From the NCBI GenBank assembly GCA_963741945.1, contig CAVUKA010000001.1:960001-1024000 (forward strand): a stretch of DNA of 64,000 nt. Direction: 5' to 3'. Every line of letters starts with the position of its first letter. The first letter of the stretch is position 1. This DNA comes from an uncultured Gemmatimonadales bacterium. Lineage in GTDB: Bacteria; Gemmatimonadota; Gemmatimonadetes; Longimicrobiales; RSA9. Under the pieces are notes generated by a model, which searched no databases, was not told the DNA's origin, and saw only the letters and a list, made by a program, of their open reading frames with translations. Shown piece after piece: positions 34,799 to 47,325 of the stretch. Made by a program: the position numbers and the translations under genes.

Positions 34799-36046
34799 GT
34801 GAAAATAGACGTGGAGAAGCCGGCCGACTGGCAGCGCCGGCTCAAAATCACGGTCCCCGCGGAGCGGGTGGACCAGGAACGGCGTGAAGTGGCGACGCAG
34901 ATCGCGAAGCGGGTCCGGCTTCCGGGGTTCCGGAAAGGCAAGGTTCCCGGCTCCGTGGTGGAGCGGCACTACAGCGCGTCCATCGACCAGCAGACCATCG
35001 AGCGTGTGGTCAATGAAGCCTATCAGGAAGCGCTCAAGGAGCAGGGCTTCGATCCGATCTCCCAGGCGTCCGTCGAGAACGTCTCGTACGAGCCCGGCTC
35101 GGAAATGTCGTTCGACGTGGCGTTCGAGGTCCGCCCCGAGATCTCGCTGGAGCGGCTCGGCGGCTTCACCCTCAAGCAGCCGCCGGTAGTGGTCGGGGAC
35201 GAGGACGTGCAGCGCGTCCTGACACGGCTGCAGGACCAGAACGCGACGTGGAGCCGACTGGAGGAGGGAAAGCCGGCCGAAGGTGATCGCGTGGAGGTGG
35301 AGATCACACCGCTTCAGGGCGAGAGCGAGGCGGAGCCGGAGCCGCGGAAGTACGAAGTGGTTCTGGGCGCGGGTGAGATCCTGGAAGAGATCGATCAGGC
35401 CATCCGGACGCTGGAGGCAGGGGGCGAGGGCGACTTCAAGATCGCGCTTCCGCGGGCCGAAGAAGAGGGAGAGAAGGACGAGCACGAAATCCATCTGAAG
35501 CTGCTGTCGGCGGAGCGGCCCGAGCGGCCGGAGATGGATGACGCGTTCGCGAAGGAGGTGGGCGGCTTCGACACGATGGAGGAGCTGACGCAGACGGTCC
35601 GGAGCGACCTGGAGCAGGAAGCCACGCGGGAATCGGAGCGGGACCTTCGTCGCCAGCTGATGCAGCAGGTGCTCGAGGCGAACCCGTTCGAGGCCCCGCC
35701 TTCTCTCATCGACCAGTACCTCGACGGTCTGCTCCAGGCGCCGGAGGGGACGGACCCGGGCGAGATGGAGCAGGCAAAGCAGCAGATGCGGCCGGCTGCG
35801 GAGTACGGGGTGCGCCGGATGATGGTGCTGGACCGCGTCGCCGAGCTGGAGAACCTGAGCGCGACGCAGAACGACCTGGACGCGCGGGTGCAGGAGATCG
35901 CGAGCTCCAACGACATGGAGCCCGCGGAAGTGCGGCGCCAGCTCGCGCGCTCGGGCCGCCTTGAGGCCCTCGCCCGCGACCTGACCGAGGAGCGGGTGTT
36001 CGACTACTTGAAATCGTTATCAACGATCGAAAGGGACGGCGCATAG
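34799..36046 (+). CDS. tig: Trigger factor
   Basis: [13 protein letters not shown]-like middle domain; precedes clpP. Confidence 0.95.
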   Translation: MKIDVEKPADWQRRLKITVPAERVDQERREVATQIAKRVRLPGFRKGKVPGSVVERHYSASIDQQTIERVVNEAYQEALKEQGFDPISQASVENVSYEPGSEMSFDVAFEVRPEISLERLGGFTLKQPPVVVGDEDVQRVLTRLQDQNATWSRLEEGKPAEGDRVEVEITPLQGESEAEPEPRKYEVVLGAGEILEEIDQAIRTLEAGGEGDFKIALPRAEEEGEKDEHEIHLKLLSAERPERPEMDDAFAKEVGGFDTMEELTQTVRSDLEQEATRESERDLRRQLMQQVLEANPFEAPPSLIDQYLDGLLQAPEGTDPGEMEQAKQQMRPAAEYGVRRMMVLDRVAELENLSATQNDLDARVQEIASSNDMEPAEVRRQLARSGRLEALARDLTEERVFDYLKSLSTIERDGA

Positions 36047-36673
36047 ATGCCAGTGTATCCGCCATACGTCATCGAGCGGACCAGCCGGGGCGAGCGCAGT
36101 TATGACATCTTCAGCCGGCTGCTCATGGACCGGATCATCTTCCTGGGGACGCCGATCAACGACGACGTCGCCAATCTGGTGATCGCCCAGCTCCTGTTCC
36201 TGCAGGCGGATGACCCCGAACGGGACATCTTCCTGTACATCAATTCGCCGGGCGGATCGGTGTACGCCGGACTGGCGATCTACGACACGATCCAGTACAT
36301 GACCGCGCCGGTGAACACGATGTGCATGGGGATGGCAGCGTCCATGGGCGCGCTGCTCCTGGCGGCCGGGGCGGAGGGGAAGCGGAGCGCGCTGCCAAAC
36401 TCCCGGATCATGATCCATCAGCCGTCGGGCGGCAGCCAGGGAACGGCGGCGGACATCGAGATCCAGGCGCGAGAGATCATCTACGCCCGGGAGCGACTGA
36501 ACGAGATCCTGGCCCGCCACACTGGGCAGACGGAAGAGCAGATCGCGATGGATGTGGACCGCGACCGATTCATGAGCCCCGTGGAGGCGCAGGAGTACGG
36601 GCTGATCGATAACGTCGTGACGAACCAGAAAGAGGTCGTGGCGGTAGCAGAAGGTGTGCAACCGGCCGACTGA
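36047..36673 (+). CDS. clpP: Clp protease proteolytic subunit
   Basis: [22 protein letters not shown]. Confidence 0.98.
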   Translation: MPVYPPYVIERTSRGERSYDIFSRLLMDRIIFLGTPINDDVANLVIAQLLFLQADDPERDIFLYINSPGGSVYAGLAIYDTIQYMTAPVNTMCMGMAASMGALLLAAGAEGKRSALPNSRIMIHQPSGGSQGTAADIEIQAREIIYARERLNEILARHTGQTEEQIAMDVDRDRFMSPVEAQEYGLIDNVVTNQKEVVAVAEGVQPAD

Positions 36674-36690
36674 CGAGCTACGGGGAAGCC

Positions 36691-37929
<1,239 letters not shown>

Positions 37930-37939
37930 GGCCGCCAGC

Positions 37940-38566
37940 GTGAAGATCCGGTCGGTGGAATTCGTCGGCGCCGTTGCCAGCCCGGATGCCGCTCTGCCGG
38001 AAGGCGGGCTGCCCGAGATCGCTTTCTCCGGCCGGTCCAACGTGGGGAAATCCAGCCTGATCAACCGCCTGCTCGGCCGCACTCGCACGCCGGTGGCGCG
38101 CGTCTCCGGCACGCCCGGGAAGACGCGGGAGGTCAACTTCTACAAGGTCGACGCCCTGCCATCCAGCGCAGAGGAGCCGCTGGATTTCTTCCTGGTGGAC
38201 CTTCCCGGCTACGGCTACGCCCGTGTACCGCGCGAGCACAGGGGTGCGTGGAAGCCGCTGGTGGAAGGGTATCTCGGAAGGTCCGGCGATCTCCGCGGCG
38301 TGGTCCAGCTGGTGGACGCGCGGCACGGCCCCACGCGGGACGACCACCAGATGCTGGAGTATCTTGCCGGCCTGGCAACGCCCGTTCTGGTGGTCCTCAC
38401 GAAAGTCGACAAGCTCAAGCAGGGCCAGCGGAAGGAAAACTTCCGCGCCATCTCTTCGGAGCTCCAACTCGACATGGAACAGATCGTCCCGTTCTCGGCC
38501 GTTTCCGGGGAAGGCCGCGACGAGCTCATCGCCGCTGTGGAAGGACTCCTCCTGGCGGACGCGTGA
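37940..38566 (+). CDS. engB: Ribosome biogenesis GTPase YihA/YsxC
   Basis: [20 protein letters not shown]. Confidence 0.95.
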   Translation: MKIRSVEFVGAVASPDAALPEGGLPEIAFSGRSNVGKSSLINRLLGRTRTPVARVSGTPGKTREVNFYKVDALPSSAEEPLDFFLVDLPGYGYARVPREHRGAWKPLVEGYLGRSGDLRGVVQLVDARHGPTRDDHQMLEYLAGLATPVLVVLTKVDKLKQGQRKENFRAISSELQLDMEQIVPFSAVSGEGRDELIAAVEGLLLADA

Positions 38567-39231
38567 GCGCGCGCGTGGAACGGCTCGCGTTGCTCGCCGT
38601 GGCCGGGGTGGGCTGGTTCGGATGCACCCCTGTGCCCCAGCCCCGCCCGGGCGCCCCGGCCGTTCGCCCGGCCGACATCGGCAGCGTCCCGGCGGACACT
38701 GCCCACGCGCTGCCACCGCCCGGCTACGGCAGCCTGCGGCAGGACGAGTTCTCGATGTCGCTCACTGACGGGCCACTCAGCCTGAAAGTGACACCGCTGG
38801 CGGAATCGGTGATCCGGCTGGCTGCGCCCGACACGTACGAGCGGCTGCATGCGCTGGCCTCGAGCCGCTCGGCGGAGGGCGACAGGGCGGCGGATGGAGT
38901 GGCTCCCGCCCTTTTCCTGGTATCGTTCTTCAGCAGGCAGCCGAACACGGAATACCGCCCTGAGGAGCTCCGGCTCACGCACCGGGGCAGAACGCTCCGG
39001 CCGGCGGCGATCCTGCCGCTGACGAGCGGCTGGGGGCGGCAGCTGCTGCAGCCGCAGGCGACGCAGAGCGCCATCTACGTCTTCGACGCCCCGTTCGACT
39101 ACGCCCTCCCCATCACACTCCGCTACGGCCTGCGGCAGAGCGAGGACTGGTACCAGCAGGTGATCCCGCGTCTGGAGGAGGAGCGAACCAGAGTGGAGTC
39201 GAGGGCCAGCGCCTGGCGGCCTCGCCCCTGA
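38563..39231 (+). CDS. Hypothetical protein, probable lipoprotein
   Basis: GTGA overlap with engB; hydrophobic leader ending WFGC. Confidence 0.7.
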   Translation: MSARVERLALLAVAGVGWFGCTPVPQPRPGAPAVRPADIGSVPADTAHALPPPGYGSLRQDEFSMSLTDGPLSLKVTPLAESVIRLAAPDTYERLHALASSRSAEGDRAADGVAPALFLVSFFSRQPNTEYRPEELRLTHRGRTLRPAAILPLTSGWGRQLLQPQATQSAIYVFDAPFDYALPITLRYGLRQSEDWYQQVIPRLEEERTRVESRASAWRPRP

Positions 39232-39251
39232 GCTGAAGCTGCCGCGCGGCG

Positions 39252-39992
39252 TCAGCGCCTGAGCACGTCCACCACGATCCTCCCCGGGTCCTCCAGGGTG
39301 AACGCGCGGAACGGTCGACGAGCGGCCAGACCGAGCACCCACGCGACTTCGCCTTCGAAGTCGCAGGTCAGACGCGCGGCCTTGATGACGGGGAGCCGCG
39401 GCGCCCGCTCGCGGTCTCTCACGGTGGCGACCCCGGTGGAATCGTGCGCCGCCGCCTGGCGCAGCTCGATCACCAGCGCGGCCGCCCCGGGCATTTCAAC
39501 AGGTGCGCCGGAGCCGCACTCGCGCGGCCGCCCCGCGGCGTAATGGATGGTGTAGCCCGGGAGCGGTCCGGCCTGGAACTCCAGCACGAAGCGATCGAAT
39601 CGCCCGTGCCGGGCGGCGCGTGCGGCAGTGAGGATGGCCTGACCGGCGGGGGCGGGGCGGCTGACGGACCGCTCGGCCCAGCTTTCGGGCGGGAATGTGG
39701 TGTCCGGCGCAGGCGAGGAAGGCGGAGGCGCGACGGGGGCGGACGGTGCGGCGCCGCCGCCGGAATCCGGAGCGGTTGGCGAGCCTGCGGCCCCGGTGTC
39801 GCGCGGTGCAGAGGGCGTGGCGGCGGAGCTGGTGTCGGGGGTCGGCGCGGGGTTGACTGGGGCGGCGGTATCCCGCGCACCGCCTTCTGCGGGCGTATTC
39901 CCGTCCCCTCCCCCTGCGTTGCACCCGAGCGCGGCGAGCAGGAGCAGTGCAGCAGCGCGAGCGAGGGCGGGACGTGGAAGGGTAGCCATCAC
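39252..39992 (-). CDS. Lipoprotein with Pro/Ala linker and AMIN-like C-terminal domain
   Basis: Lipobox ALGC; H..FDRFVLEF, CDFEG.V.W.LGL, P.RIVVDV. Confidence 0.7.
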   Translation of the reverse strand: MMATLPRPALARAAALLLLAALGCNAGGGDGNTPAEGGARDTAAPVNPAPTPDTSSAATPSAPRDTGAAGSPTAPDSGGGAAPSAPVAPPPSSPAPDTTFPPESWAERSVSRPAPAGQAILTAARAARHGRFDRFVLEFQAGPLPGYTIHYAAGRPRECGSGAPVEMPGAAALVIELRQAAAHDSTGVATVRDRERAPRLPVIKAARLTCDFEGEVAWVLGLAARRPFRAFTLEDPGRIVVDVLRR

Positions 39993-41575
39993 AGGGGGAT
40001 CTCGTATTCCTTGATCTTCCGGTAGAGTGTCCGCTCGCCGATCCCGAGCTTTTCGGCGGCTTCGCGGCGGTTCCCGGCTGTCTCCTTGAGGGCGGCGGTG
40101 ATCGCTTCGCGCTCCAGGTCGCCCATGGTCATGCCGGGACGATACACCACCACGCGCTCGTCTTCCAGCTCCTCGCTCCCGTCGTCCGACAGCTCCGGGT
40201 CGTCCACGGGCGACACGTCCCGCCCTGCGGGCGCGGCGGCGCGCGGGTACGGATACGGCAGCGCGAGGCGTGCCGGGTCGAGCGCGTGCTGCTCGCGGTA
40301 CTCATCGAAGCCGCGCTTCAGGTCCTCCACGTCCATGCGGAGCTGGAGGAGCATGCGGAAGATGAATTCGAGGGCCGGGCGCGTGCCGTCGTCGCCCTCC
40401 TGCCCGCCCCCTTCCCGTGGCCGCGGCAGCGACGGCGCGGGGAGGAGCCGCGTGCCGCCACCTTTGATCGATGGTGGAATGTCGGCCGGGGTGATGGTGC
40501 GGCCGGGCATCATGACGACCACGGACTCGATGAGGTTGCGCAGCTCCCGGATGTTGCCGGGCCAGTCATGCTCGATGAGGAGGGTCATGGCCTCCGGGCT
40601 GATCTCCACGGGAGCCAGGTCGTGCTCGCTGGCCATGGCGCGGATGAACTCGTCCACCAGGAGCGGGATGTCCTCCCTGCGCTCGCGGAGCGGCGGGAGG
40701 TCGATATGGAGGACGTTCAGCCGGTAGTAGAGGTCGCGACGGAACCCGCCCGTCTCGACGAGATGGCGAAGCGGCTGGTTCGTGGCGGCGATCACGCGCA
40801 CGTCCACGCGGATCGGCTGCTCTCCGCCCACCCGCATGAACTCCCGCTGCTCGAGAATGCGGAGCAGCTTGGTCTGCGTGGCGAGCGGCATCTCCCCGAT
40901 CTCGTCCAGGAACAGTGAGCCCCGGTCGGCCAGCTCGAAGAACCCTTTCCGCTGCGCCACCGCGCCGGTGAACGCCCCCTTCTCGTGGCCGAACAGCTCC
41001 GACTCCAGGAGTGTGTCGGGCAGCGCGGCCACGTTGGCCGCGATGAAGGGCCGGTGGCGGCGAGCGGACAGGACGTGGATGCCGCGGGCGACCAGCTCCT
41101 TGCCGGTGCCGCTCTCTCCGGTGATCAGGACGTTCGAGTTCACCGGCGCCATCTGCGTGATCCGTTCGAGGACCTCCTCGACGGCATCCGACTGGCCCAC
41201 GATGCCCGTGAGGGCCCGCAAGCGCCGACGCTCGATCATTCGCCTTCCCGCGAGCGCCACCTCCTCGGGATCGATCGGCTTGAGGAAGGTCTCGACCACG
41301 CCGAGACGGGCCCGGAGCGACGGGGGCGCCTCCTCTTCGGATGCGGCCAGGGCAATGACCGGGAGGCGGTCGAGGGCCGCGGCCTCGGCGGCGAGGCGGC
41401 GCGCGCGTCGGGTGTCCAGGCCACCGGTCAGGATGAGCAGCGCGGGCTCCTCCACGTCCGCGACCTCTTCGGAGGGCGTGAGGAGCTCGACGGCCAGCTT
41501 GTGCCCGGCAAACGCGTCACGCAGCCGGACGGCCGGCTCGAGGTCGTTGGTGGTGATCAGGACGCGCTCAGCCAT
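39989..41575 (-). CDS. sigma54-dependent activator with degenerate receiver domain
   Basis: GESGTGKE, GAFTGA, LDEIGE, WPGNIREL, Fis-type HTH. Confidence 0.93.
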   Translation of the reverse strand: MAERVLITTNDLEPAVRLRDAFAGHKLAVELLTPSEEVADVEEPALLILTGGLDTRRARRLAAEAAALDRLPVIALAASEEEAPPSLRARLGVVETFLKPIDPEEVALAGRRMIERRRLRALTGIVGQSDAVEEVLERITQMAPVNSNVLITGESGTGKELVARGIHVLSARRHRPFIAANVAALPDTLLESELFGHEKGAFTGAVAQRKGFFELADRGSLFLDEIGEMPLATQTKLLRILEQREFMRVGGEQPIRVDVRVIAATNQPLRHLVETGGFRRDLYYRLNVLHIDLPPLRERREDIPLLVDEFIRAMASEHDLAPVEISPEAMTLLIEHDWPGNIRELRNLIESVVVMMPGRTITPADIPPSIKGGGTRLLPAPSLPRPREGGGQEGDDGTRPALEFIFRMLLQLRMDVEDLKRGFDEYREQHALDPARLALPYPYPRAAAPAGRDVSPVDDPELSDDGSEELEDERVVVYRPGMTMGDLEREAITAALKETAGNRREAAEKLGIGERTLYRKIKEYEIPL

Positions 41576-42071
41576 GATGCGGGTGCATATGGGTGTCCGT
41601 GCCACGCACGAGCTGGACCGCGTGCTCGATGATCCGGTCGAGAACGCGCAGGCCATCACCCACACCTGACGGGCTGCCCGGCAGATTGACGATGATGGTG
41701 CCGCCGCGGATCCCTGCCAGGCCGCGGGAAAGCCACGCCGCCGGCGTATGTGCAGCGCCTTCGAGGCGAATGGCCTCGGCGAGCCCCGGGGCTTCGCGCT
41801 CGATGACGGCACGGGTGGCCTCCGGCGTGGTATCCCGGGCCGTGAAGCCGGTGCCCCCCGTGGTCAGGACCAGGTCGACCCGGGCTTCGTCCGCCAGCGC
41901 CTCCAGGTGCGCCCGCACCACTGCGGGCTCGTCCGGGACCACTTCCGTCCGCACCAGCGCATGGCCGCGCTCCGCGGCCCAGTGGGCGATGGCCGCTCCG
42001 CTCGTATCCTCCCGATCGCCGCGGGTCGCGGCGTCGGACACCGTCAGGATGGCCAGGCGGAGCGGGACCAT
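41568..42071 (-). CDS. mog: MogA/MoaB molybdopterin adenylyltransferase
   Basis: LTVSD, DTSG, TTGGTG...RD.TPEA, NLPGSP. Confidence 0.9.
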   Translation of the reverse strand: MVPLRLAILTVSDAATRGDREDTSGAAIAHWAAERGHALVRTEVVPDEPAVVRAHLEALADEARVDLVLTTGGTGFTARDTTPEATRAVIEREAPGLAEAIRLEGAAHTPAAWLSRGLAGIRGGTIIVNLPGSPSGVGDGLRVLDRIIEHAVQLVRGTDTHMHPHHG

Positions 42072-42082
42072 CGCGGCCGGCG

Positions 42083-43195
42083 TCAGCGCCGCACCGACCC
42101 TTCCATGTAGAACGGCGGCCGCACGACCTCGGCGGGGATCGCTCGATCGCGAATCACGATCTCGATCCGGGTGCCCGGCTTGGCAGCCTCGACGGGGACG
42201 TACGCCATCCCCACGCCCTTGCCAGTGGAGTGGCTGAGTACTCCGCTGGTGACCTCACCGGCCGGCTCACCGTTGTATCGAACCTCGTAGTGCTGGCGGG
42301 GGAAGCCTTTCTCCTGGAGCACGAATCCCACCAGCTTCTCCGTCAGCCCCTGCTCCTTCTGCTGCTTCAGGGCATCACGGCCGATGAAGTCGTCCCCGTC
42401 GAGCTTCACCACCCAGCCGAGGCCGGCCTCCAGCGGCGTGCGGCGCTCGTCCAGGTCGTTGCCGTACAGGATGTAGCCCACCTCGAGGCGCAGCGAGTCC
42501 CGGGCACCGAGCCCGGCCGGAATGAGCCCGTCCTCCTCGCCGGCGGCGAGAAGCTCCCGCCAGACGTGGGCGGTGTCGCCCTCATCGAGGTAGAGCTCGA
42601 AGCCGTCCTCGCCCGTGTAGCCGGTGCGGCTGATGATGGCGTTCTTCCCCGCCACCGAGCCGGGCCCGAAATGGTAGAAACGGATCCCGTCCAGGTCCGC
42701 ATCGGTGAGCTTCGCCAGGATCTGCTGCGCCTCGGGGCCCTGCAGGGCGATGAGCCCCACCTGGTCGGAGATATCCCTGAACACGACGTCGTAACCCTTG
42801 GCGGCCGTCTCGAACCAGGCGCGGTCCTTCTCCAGGTTGGCGGCGTTGACCACGACCATCCAGTGGTCCGGGAACCGGTAGACGATGCAATCGTCGAGCG
42901 CGAAGCCGTCGGGATTGCAGATGACGTTGTACTGCGCCTGTCCTGGAGTCATGCGCAGCGTGTCGTTCGTCACCATGTGGCGGACGAACGCGTCCGCTTC
43001 CGGCCCCCGTATGTCGAATTCGCCCATGTGCGACACATCGAACAGACCCGCGTCGTTGCGGACGGCGTTGTGCTCCCTGACGATCCCCGTGGGATACTGA
43101 ACGGGCATCGCATAGCCCGCGAACGGGACCAGCTTTCCACCGAGGGCGACGTGCTCCTCGTGGAGCGGTGTATGCTTCAGCGCTTCTTCAGCCAT
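42083..43195 (-). CDS. gcvT: Glycine cleavage T protein
   Basis: FDVSHMG, SRTGYTGEDGFE, GLGARDSLRLE. Confidence 0.97.
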   Translation of the reverse strand: MAEEALKHTPLHEEHVALGGKLVPFAGYAMPVQYPTGIVREHNAVRNDAGLFDVSHMGEFDIRGPEADAFVRHMVTNDTLRMTPGQAQYNVICNPDGFALDDCIVYRFPDHWMVVVNAANLEKDRAWFETAAKGYDVVFRDISDQVGLIALQGPEAQQILAKLTDADLDGIRFYHFGPGSVAGKNAIISRTGYTGEDGFELYLDEGDTAHVWRELLAAGEEDGLIPAGLGARDSLRLEVGYILYGNDLDERRTPLEAGLGWVVKLDGDDFIGRDALKQQKEQGLTEKLVGFVLQEKGFPRQHYEVRYNGEPAGEVTSGVLSHSTGKGVGMAYVPVEAAKPGTRIEIVIRDRAIPAEVVRPPFYMEGSVRR

Positions 43196-44105
43196 TTCGG
43201 ACTCCCATGAGCTCGATCATGATCGCCTTCTGGGCGTGCAGCCGGTTCTCCGCCTCGTCGAACACGCGCGACTGCGGCCCCTCGAAGACGTCTTCGGTGA
43301 CCTCCTCGCCGCGATGGGCCGGGAGGCAGTGCAGGAAGATGGCGTCGTCGCCGGCGGCGGCCATCACCCCGGCGTTGACCTGGAAATTGCGGAAGGCCGC
43401 GAGCCGCTTCTCCTGCTCCGCCTCCTGTCCCATGGAGGCCCAGACGTCCGTCGTGACCACGTCGGCGCCCTCGGCCGCTTCCATCGGATCGTGCGTGAGC
43501 ATGACCGTGGCCGCAGTGCGGGCCCGGTCGTAGATCTCGCGGCTCGGCTCGTACCCCTCCGGCGTCGCGATCCGGACTTCGAGACCGAACCGGTACGCCG
43601 CGTTCAGCCACGAATTGGCCATGTTGTTGCCATCTCCGATCCAGGCGACCTTCCGCCCCGCCAGGTCCCGCCCGAACGCCTCCTGGATGGTCATGACATC
43701 GGCCATCACCTGACACGGATGAAGCAGGTCGGTGAGCCCGTTGATGATCGGGATGCTGCCGTAATGCGCCAGCTCGACCAGGTCGTTCTGGTCGAACGTG
43801 CGAATCATGATCCCATCCACGTACCGGGACAGAACGCGCGCCGTGTCCTTGATGGGCTCCCCGCGGCCGAGCTGCAGGTCGCGCGCCGACAGGAAGAGCG
43901 CGTAGCCGCCAAGCTGGTACATCCCGGCCTCAAAGGAGACACGGGTGCGGGTGGAGCTCTTCTGGAAGATCATGCCCAGTGTCTTGCCCGCCAGCGGCTT
44001 CCCCTTCTCCTCCCCGGCCTTGAGCCGGTGCGCGAGGTCCAGGAGCCCGTAGAGCCCGTCGGTGTCGAAGTCGGGAATGGCGAGAAAATGTCGATTATCT
44101 GTCAT
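43188..44105 (-). CDS. argF: Ornithine carbamoyltransferase
   Basis: SSTRTRVSFE, HPCQ, DVWASMG, HCLP. Confidence 0.96.
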   Translation of the reverse strand: MTDNRHFLAIPDFDTDGLYGLLDLAHRLKAGEEKGKPLAGKTLGMIFQKSSTRTRVSFEAGMYQLGGYALFLSARDLQLGRGEPIKDTARVLSRYVDGIMIRTFDQNDLVELAHYGSIPIINGLTDLLHPCQVMADVMTIQEAFGRDLAGRKVAWIGDGNNMANSWLNAAYRFGLEVRIATPEGYEPSREIYDRARTAATVMLTHDPMEAAEGADVVTTDVWASMGQEAEQEKRLAAFRNFQVNAGVMAAAGDDAIFLHCLPAHRGEEVTEDVFEGPQSRVFDEAENRLHAQKAIMIELMGVRNG

Positions 44106-44262
44106 CCGCCCCTCATGCGGTTCACGCCAGAATTGCAGGTGGGTGAAACTAGCCGCAGAGGCGGTGGGGCGGCAACCGAGCGAAGCGGGCGAGGGCGGGT
44201 GAGGCGGCTGATCCGCCTTCCCCGCCCTCGTCGTCCGGCCGGCTGTTCGCGCCGGGACGGTC

Positions 44263-45786
44263 CTAGAGGATGTAGCGCCGGAGGTCGTCGTCCTCGACCA
44301 CCTTGCGGAGGCGATCGCGCACCATGGCGGCATCGACGTGGACGGGTCCCTCGCGGCCATCGGGGAGCTCGAAGAGGAGATCCTCGAGGAGGGTGGTCAT
44401 GACGGTGTGGAGGCGGCGAGCGCCAATGTTCTCCATGCGCTCGTTCACGTCGGCAGCGATGTGAGCGATCTCGTGAATGGCGTCGTCGGAGAACTCGAGC
44501 TGTACGTTTTCGGAAGCGACGAGTGCCTGGTACTGGCGGACCAGGGCGTTCTTGGGCTCCTGGAGGATGCGGATGAAGTCCTTCTCGGTGAGGGGGGCCA
44601 GCTCGACGCGAATCGGGAACCGGCCCTGGAGCTCGGGGATCATCTCGCTCGGCTTGGCCACGTGGAAAGCCCCGGCAGCCACGAACAGGACGTGATCCGT
44701 GCGCACGATGCCGTACTTGGTCTGTACGGTGCTGCCCTCGACGATGGGGAGCAGGTCGCGCTGCACGCCCTCGCGGGAGATGTCGGGACCCGCGCCGCCG
44801 CGCTGGCCGACGACCTTGTCGATCTCGTCGAGGAAGACGATGCCCATGTCCTCGGTGCGGTCGAGGGCATCACTGACGACCTCGTCCATGTCGACGAGGC
44901 GGTCGAGCTCGTCCTGCACGAGGATGCGGCGGGCCTCGGCGATGCTCACGGTGCGGCGCTTCTTCCGCTTCGGGAGCATGTCCTGGAGCATCTCACTGAA
45001 GTTGAAGTCCATCCCGTCCATGCCGCCGCCCATGGGCAGCATCATGCCATCGATGGAAGCCGACTGGGTCACTTCGACGTCCACCATGCGCTCTTCCAGC
45101 TTCCCGTCACGCAGGAGGGTCCGCAGCTTCTCGCGGGTGCGCTGGCGACGGTCGGATGCGGCGGGCCGCTCGGACCCCTTCTCCTCCGCTGCGCCGGAAG
45201 GTCCCACCACGAAGGCGCGGACGCTCGCGCCGTCGCCTTCCTCTGTCGGCTGCTCATCGACGGGCGGGAGCAGCAGGTCGAGGAGCCGCTCCTCCACGCC
45301 TTCCTCCGCCTGGCTCTCGACCTCGGCCTCGCGCTCGTCGCGGACCATGTTCACGGCCACGTCCACGAGGTCGCGGATCACCGACTCGACGTCGCGGCCG
45401 ACGTAGCCCACCTCCGTGAACTTGGACGCCTCCACCTTCACGAAGGGCGCCCCGGCCAGGCGAGCGAGCCGGCGAGCGATCTCGGTCTTCCCGACGCCCG
45501 TGGGCCCGATCATGATGATGTTGTTCGGCATGATCTCCTCGCGGAGATCCTCCGGGGCCTGCTGGCGACGCCAGCGGTTGCGCAGGGCGATGGCCACCGC
45601 CTTCTTGGCGGCGTCCTGCCCGACGATGTACGTGTCGAGCTCCGCCACGATCTGCCGGGGCGTCAGCTCGTCCAGCCACTGGGGGGTGTCGGGCGCGCCG
45701 TCGCCGGCGGACCCGGGCTCGCCGTCGGCGTTGGGTGAAGGCGTATCGGTGCTGCTGTCGTCGGTGGTGATGGTATCGTGGGTCAT
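44263..45786 (-). CDS. hslU: HslUV protease ATPase
   Basis: [28 protein letters not shown]-terminal RYIL. Confidence 0.97.
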   Translation of the reverse strand: MTHDTITTDDSSTDTPSPNADGEPGSAGDGAPDTPQWLDELTPRQIVAELDTYIVGQDAAKKAVAIALRNRWRRQQAPEDLREEIMPNNIIMIGPTGVGKTEIARRLARLAGAPFVKVEASKFTEVGYVGRDVESVIRDLVDVAVNMVRDEREAEVESQAEEGVEERLLDLLLPPVDEQPTEEGDGASVRAFVVGPSGAAEEKGSERPAASDRRQRTREKLRTLLRDGKLEERMVDVEVTQSASIDGMMLPMGGGMDGMDFNFSEMLQDMLPKRKKRRTVSIAEARRILVQDELDRLVDMDEVVSDALDRTEDMGIVFLDEIDKVVGQRGGAGPDISREGVQRDLLPIVEGSTVQTKYGIVRTDHVLFVAAGAFHVAKPSEMIPELQGRFPIRVELAPLTEKDFIRILQEPKNALVRQYQALVASENVQLEFSDDAIHEIAHIAADVNERMENIGARRLHTVMTTLLEDLLFELPDGREGPVHVDAAMVRDRLRKVVEDDDLRRYIL

Positions 45787-46337
45787 TCCGTTGATCCGTC
45801 CAGCTCGAGGACGGTGATGTTCCGATTCGTGTAGATGCAGATGTCCGCGGCGATCTCGAGGGAGCGACGGACGATGTCGGCGGCGCTGAGGTCGTCGCGC
45901 TCGCGGAAGGCGCGGGCGGCGGCGAGCGCGTAGGGGCCGCCGCTGCCGATGGCGACGATCTCGTCGTCGGGCTCGATGACGTTGCCATCGCCGCTGACGA
46001 CGAAGAGCCGCTCGTCGTCCGCCACGGCGAGCAGCGCTTCCAGCCGCCGCAGGTAGCGGTCGGTGCGCCAGTCCTTGGCGAGCTCGACCACGGCGCGCGA
46101 GAGGTTGCCGGGATAGCGCTCGAGCTTCTCCTCGAACTTCTCGAACAGCGTGAACGCGTCGGCCACGGAGCCGGCGAATCCGGCGAGGATCCGGCCGTCG
46201 CGGAGCTTGCGTACCTTGCGGGCGCTGGCCTTCATGACCGTATCGCCCAGGGTGACCTGGCCGTCGCCGCCGAGGGCGACGCGGCCGCCGTGTCGCGCCG
46301 CCACGATGGTGGTGGCGTGGAACTCGAACTCGCTCAT
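45783..46337 (-). CDS. hslV: HslUV peptidase subunit
   Basis: HA/TTI propeptide junction, GDGQVT, AIGSGG. Confidence 0.97.
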   Translation of the reverse strand: MSEFEFHATTIVAARHGGRVALGGDGQVTLGDTVMKASARKVRKLRDGRILAGFAGSVADAFTLFEKFEEKLERYPGNLSRAVVELAKDWRTDRYLRRLEALLAVADDERLFVVSGDGNVIEPDDEIVAIGSGGPYALAAARAFRERDDLSAADIVRRSLEIAADICIYTNRNITVLELDGSTE

Positions 46338-46386
46338 CTCTTACCTGTACCCCTGACCAGTCGGCGGTTCCGCCCGGGGTCGGTCA

Positions 46387-47325
46387 TCATGCCCGTGGGT
46401 GGGCATCGCGATAGACCTTCCTGAGGCGCTCCCTGGAAGTATGAGTGTAGATGCGGGTGGTCGAAAGCGACGCATGGCCGAGCAGCTCCTTCACCGCCAT
46501 CAGGTCCGCGCCCGCGTCCAGCAGGTGCGTGGCGAAGGAATGGCGGAGCGAATGCGTCGACAGCTCGCCCGCGTCCGCGATCGAATCGAGGACATCACGG
46601 ACGATATCCTGGATCCGGCGTGTCGTGAGTCTGCGGCCGGTCTCCGCCACGAACAGGGCGTCGCGGTCCGGGCGCGAGCCGGCGCGGATGGCCTCGAGGC
46701 GCCGGGGCTCGTAGCGGCGGATGGCCCGGGCCGCGGACTGGCCGAGCGGGACGATGCGCTCCTTGCGGCCCTTGCCGCGCACCTTGACCTGGTCGCCGAC
46801 GAGATCGACGTCCCGGCGGTCGAGCCCCTGCAGCTCCGAAACGCGCATGCCGGTGGCGTAGAACGTCTCGAGGATGGCGAGGTCGCGCTCGCCGTGGAAC
46901 GTGCCCTCGGCCGCGCGGTTCTCCGCAAGCACGAAGAGCCGGTCGACATCGCCGCGCGTGAGCCAGCCGGGGAGCTTCCGCTCGAGACGGGGCGAGTGCA
47001 CCGTGCGCGCGGGATTGCCGTCCACCTCCCCTTCCTGGTGCAGCCAGCGGAAGAAGGAGCGGACTGCGGAAAGCTTGCGCGCGATGCTCCGGGTGGCGAG
47101 CCGCGCGCGGGAGAGGTGGCCGAGGTAGGAGCGCAGATCGAGGCGGTCGACGTCGGCCCAGCGCCACTCGTCGCGCTGCGTGCCCAGCCAGTCCCGGAAC
47201 TGCCGGAGATCGGTGCGGTACGCGGCCACCGTGTGGCGGCTGAGCTGCCGCCCTTCTTCGAGGTAGCGGAGATAGTCGTGGACCGCCCGGTCCGCGCCGG
47301 CGGCGCGCCCGCCCCCGCCGCTCAC
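46387..47325 (-). CDS. xerC: Tyrosine recombinase XerC
   Basis: YATGMRVSEL, GKG.KER, HSLRHSFATH, LLGH..TT.IY; trmFO-xerC-hslV synteny. Confidence 0.9.
   Translation of the reverse strand: MSGGGGRAAGADRAVHDYLRYLEEGRQLSRHTVAAYRTDLRQFRDWLGTQRDEWRWADVDRLDLRSYLGHLSRARLATRSIARKLSAVRSFFRWLHQEGEVDGNPARTVHSPRLERKLPGWLTRGDVDRLFVLAENRAAEGTFHGERDLAILETFYATGMRVSELQGLDRRDVDLVGDQVKVRGKGRKERIVPLGQSAARAIRRYEPRRLEAIRAGSRPDRDALFVAETGRRLTTRRIQDIVRDVLDSIADAGELSTHSLRHSFATHLLDAGADLMAVKELLGHASLSTTRIYTHTSRERLRKVYRDAHPRA

Noticed and set aside
34684-34800. tRNA-Leu as an island insertion site
   Set aside because: Directly followed by tig; no integrase or duplicated tRNA 3' end seen.
46387-47325. Tyrosine recombinase as a mobile-element integrase
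   Set aside because: Housekeeping xerC synteny; no att sites or cargo.
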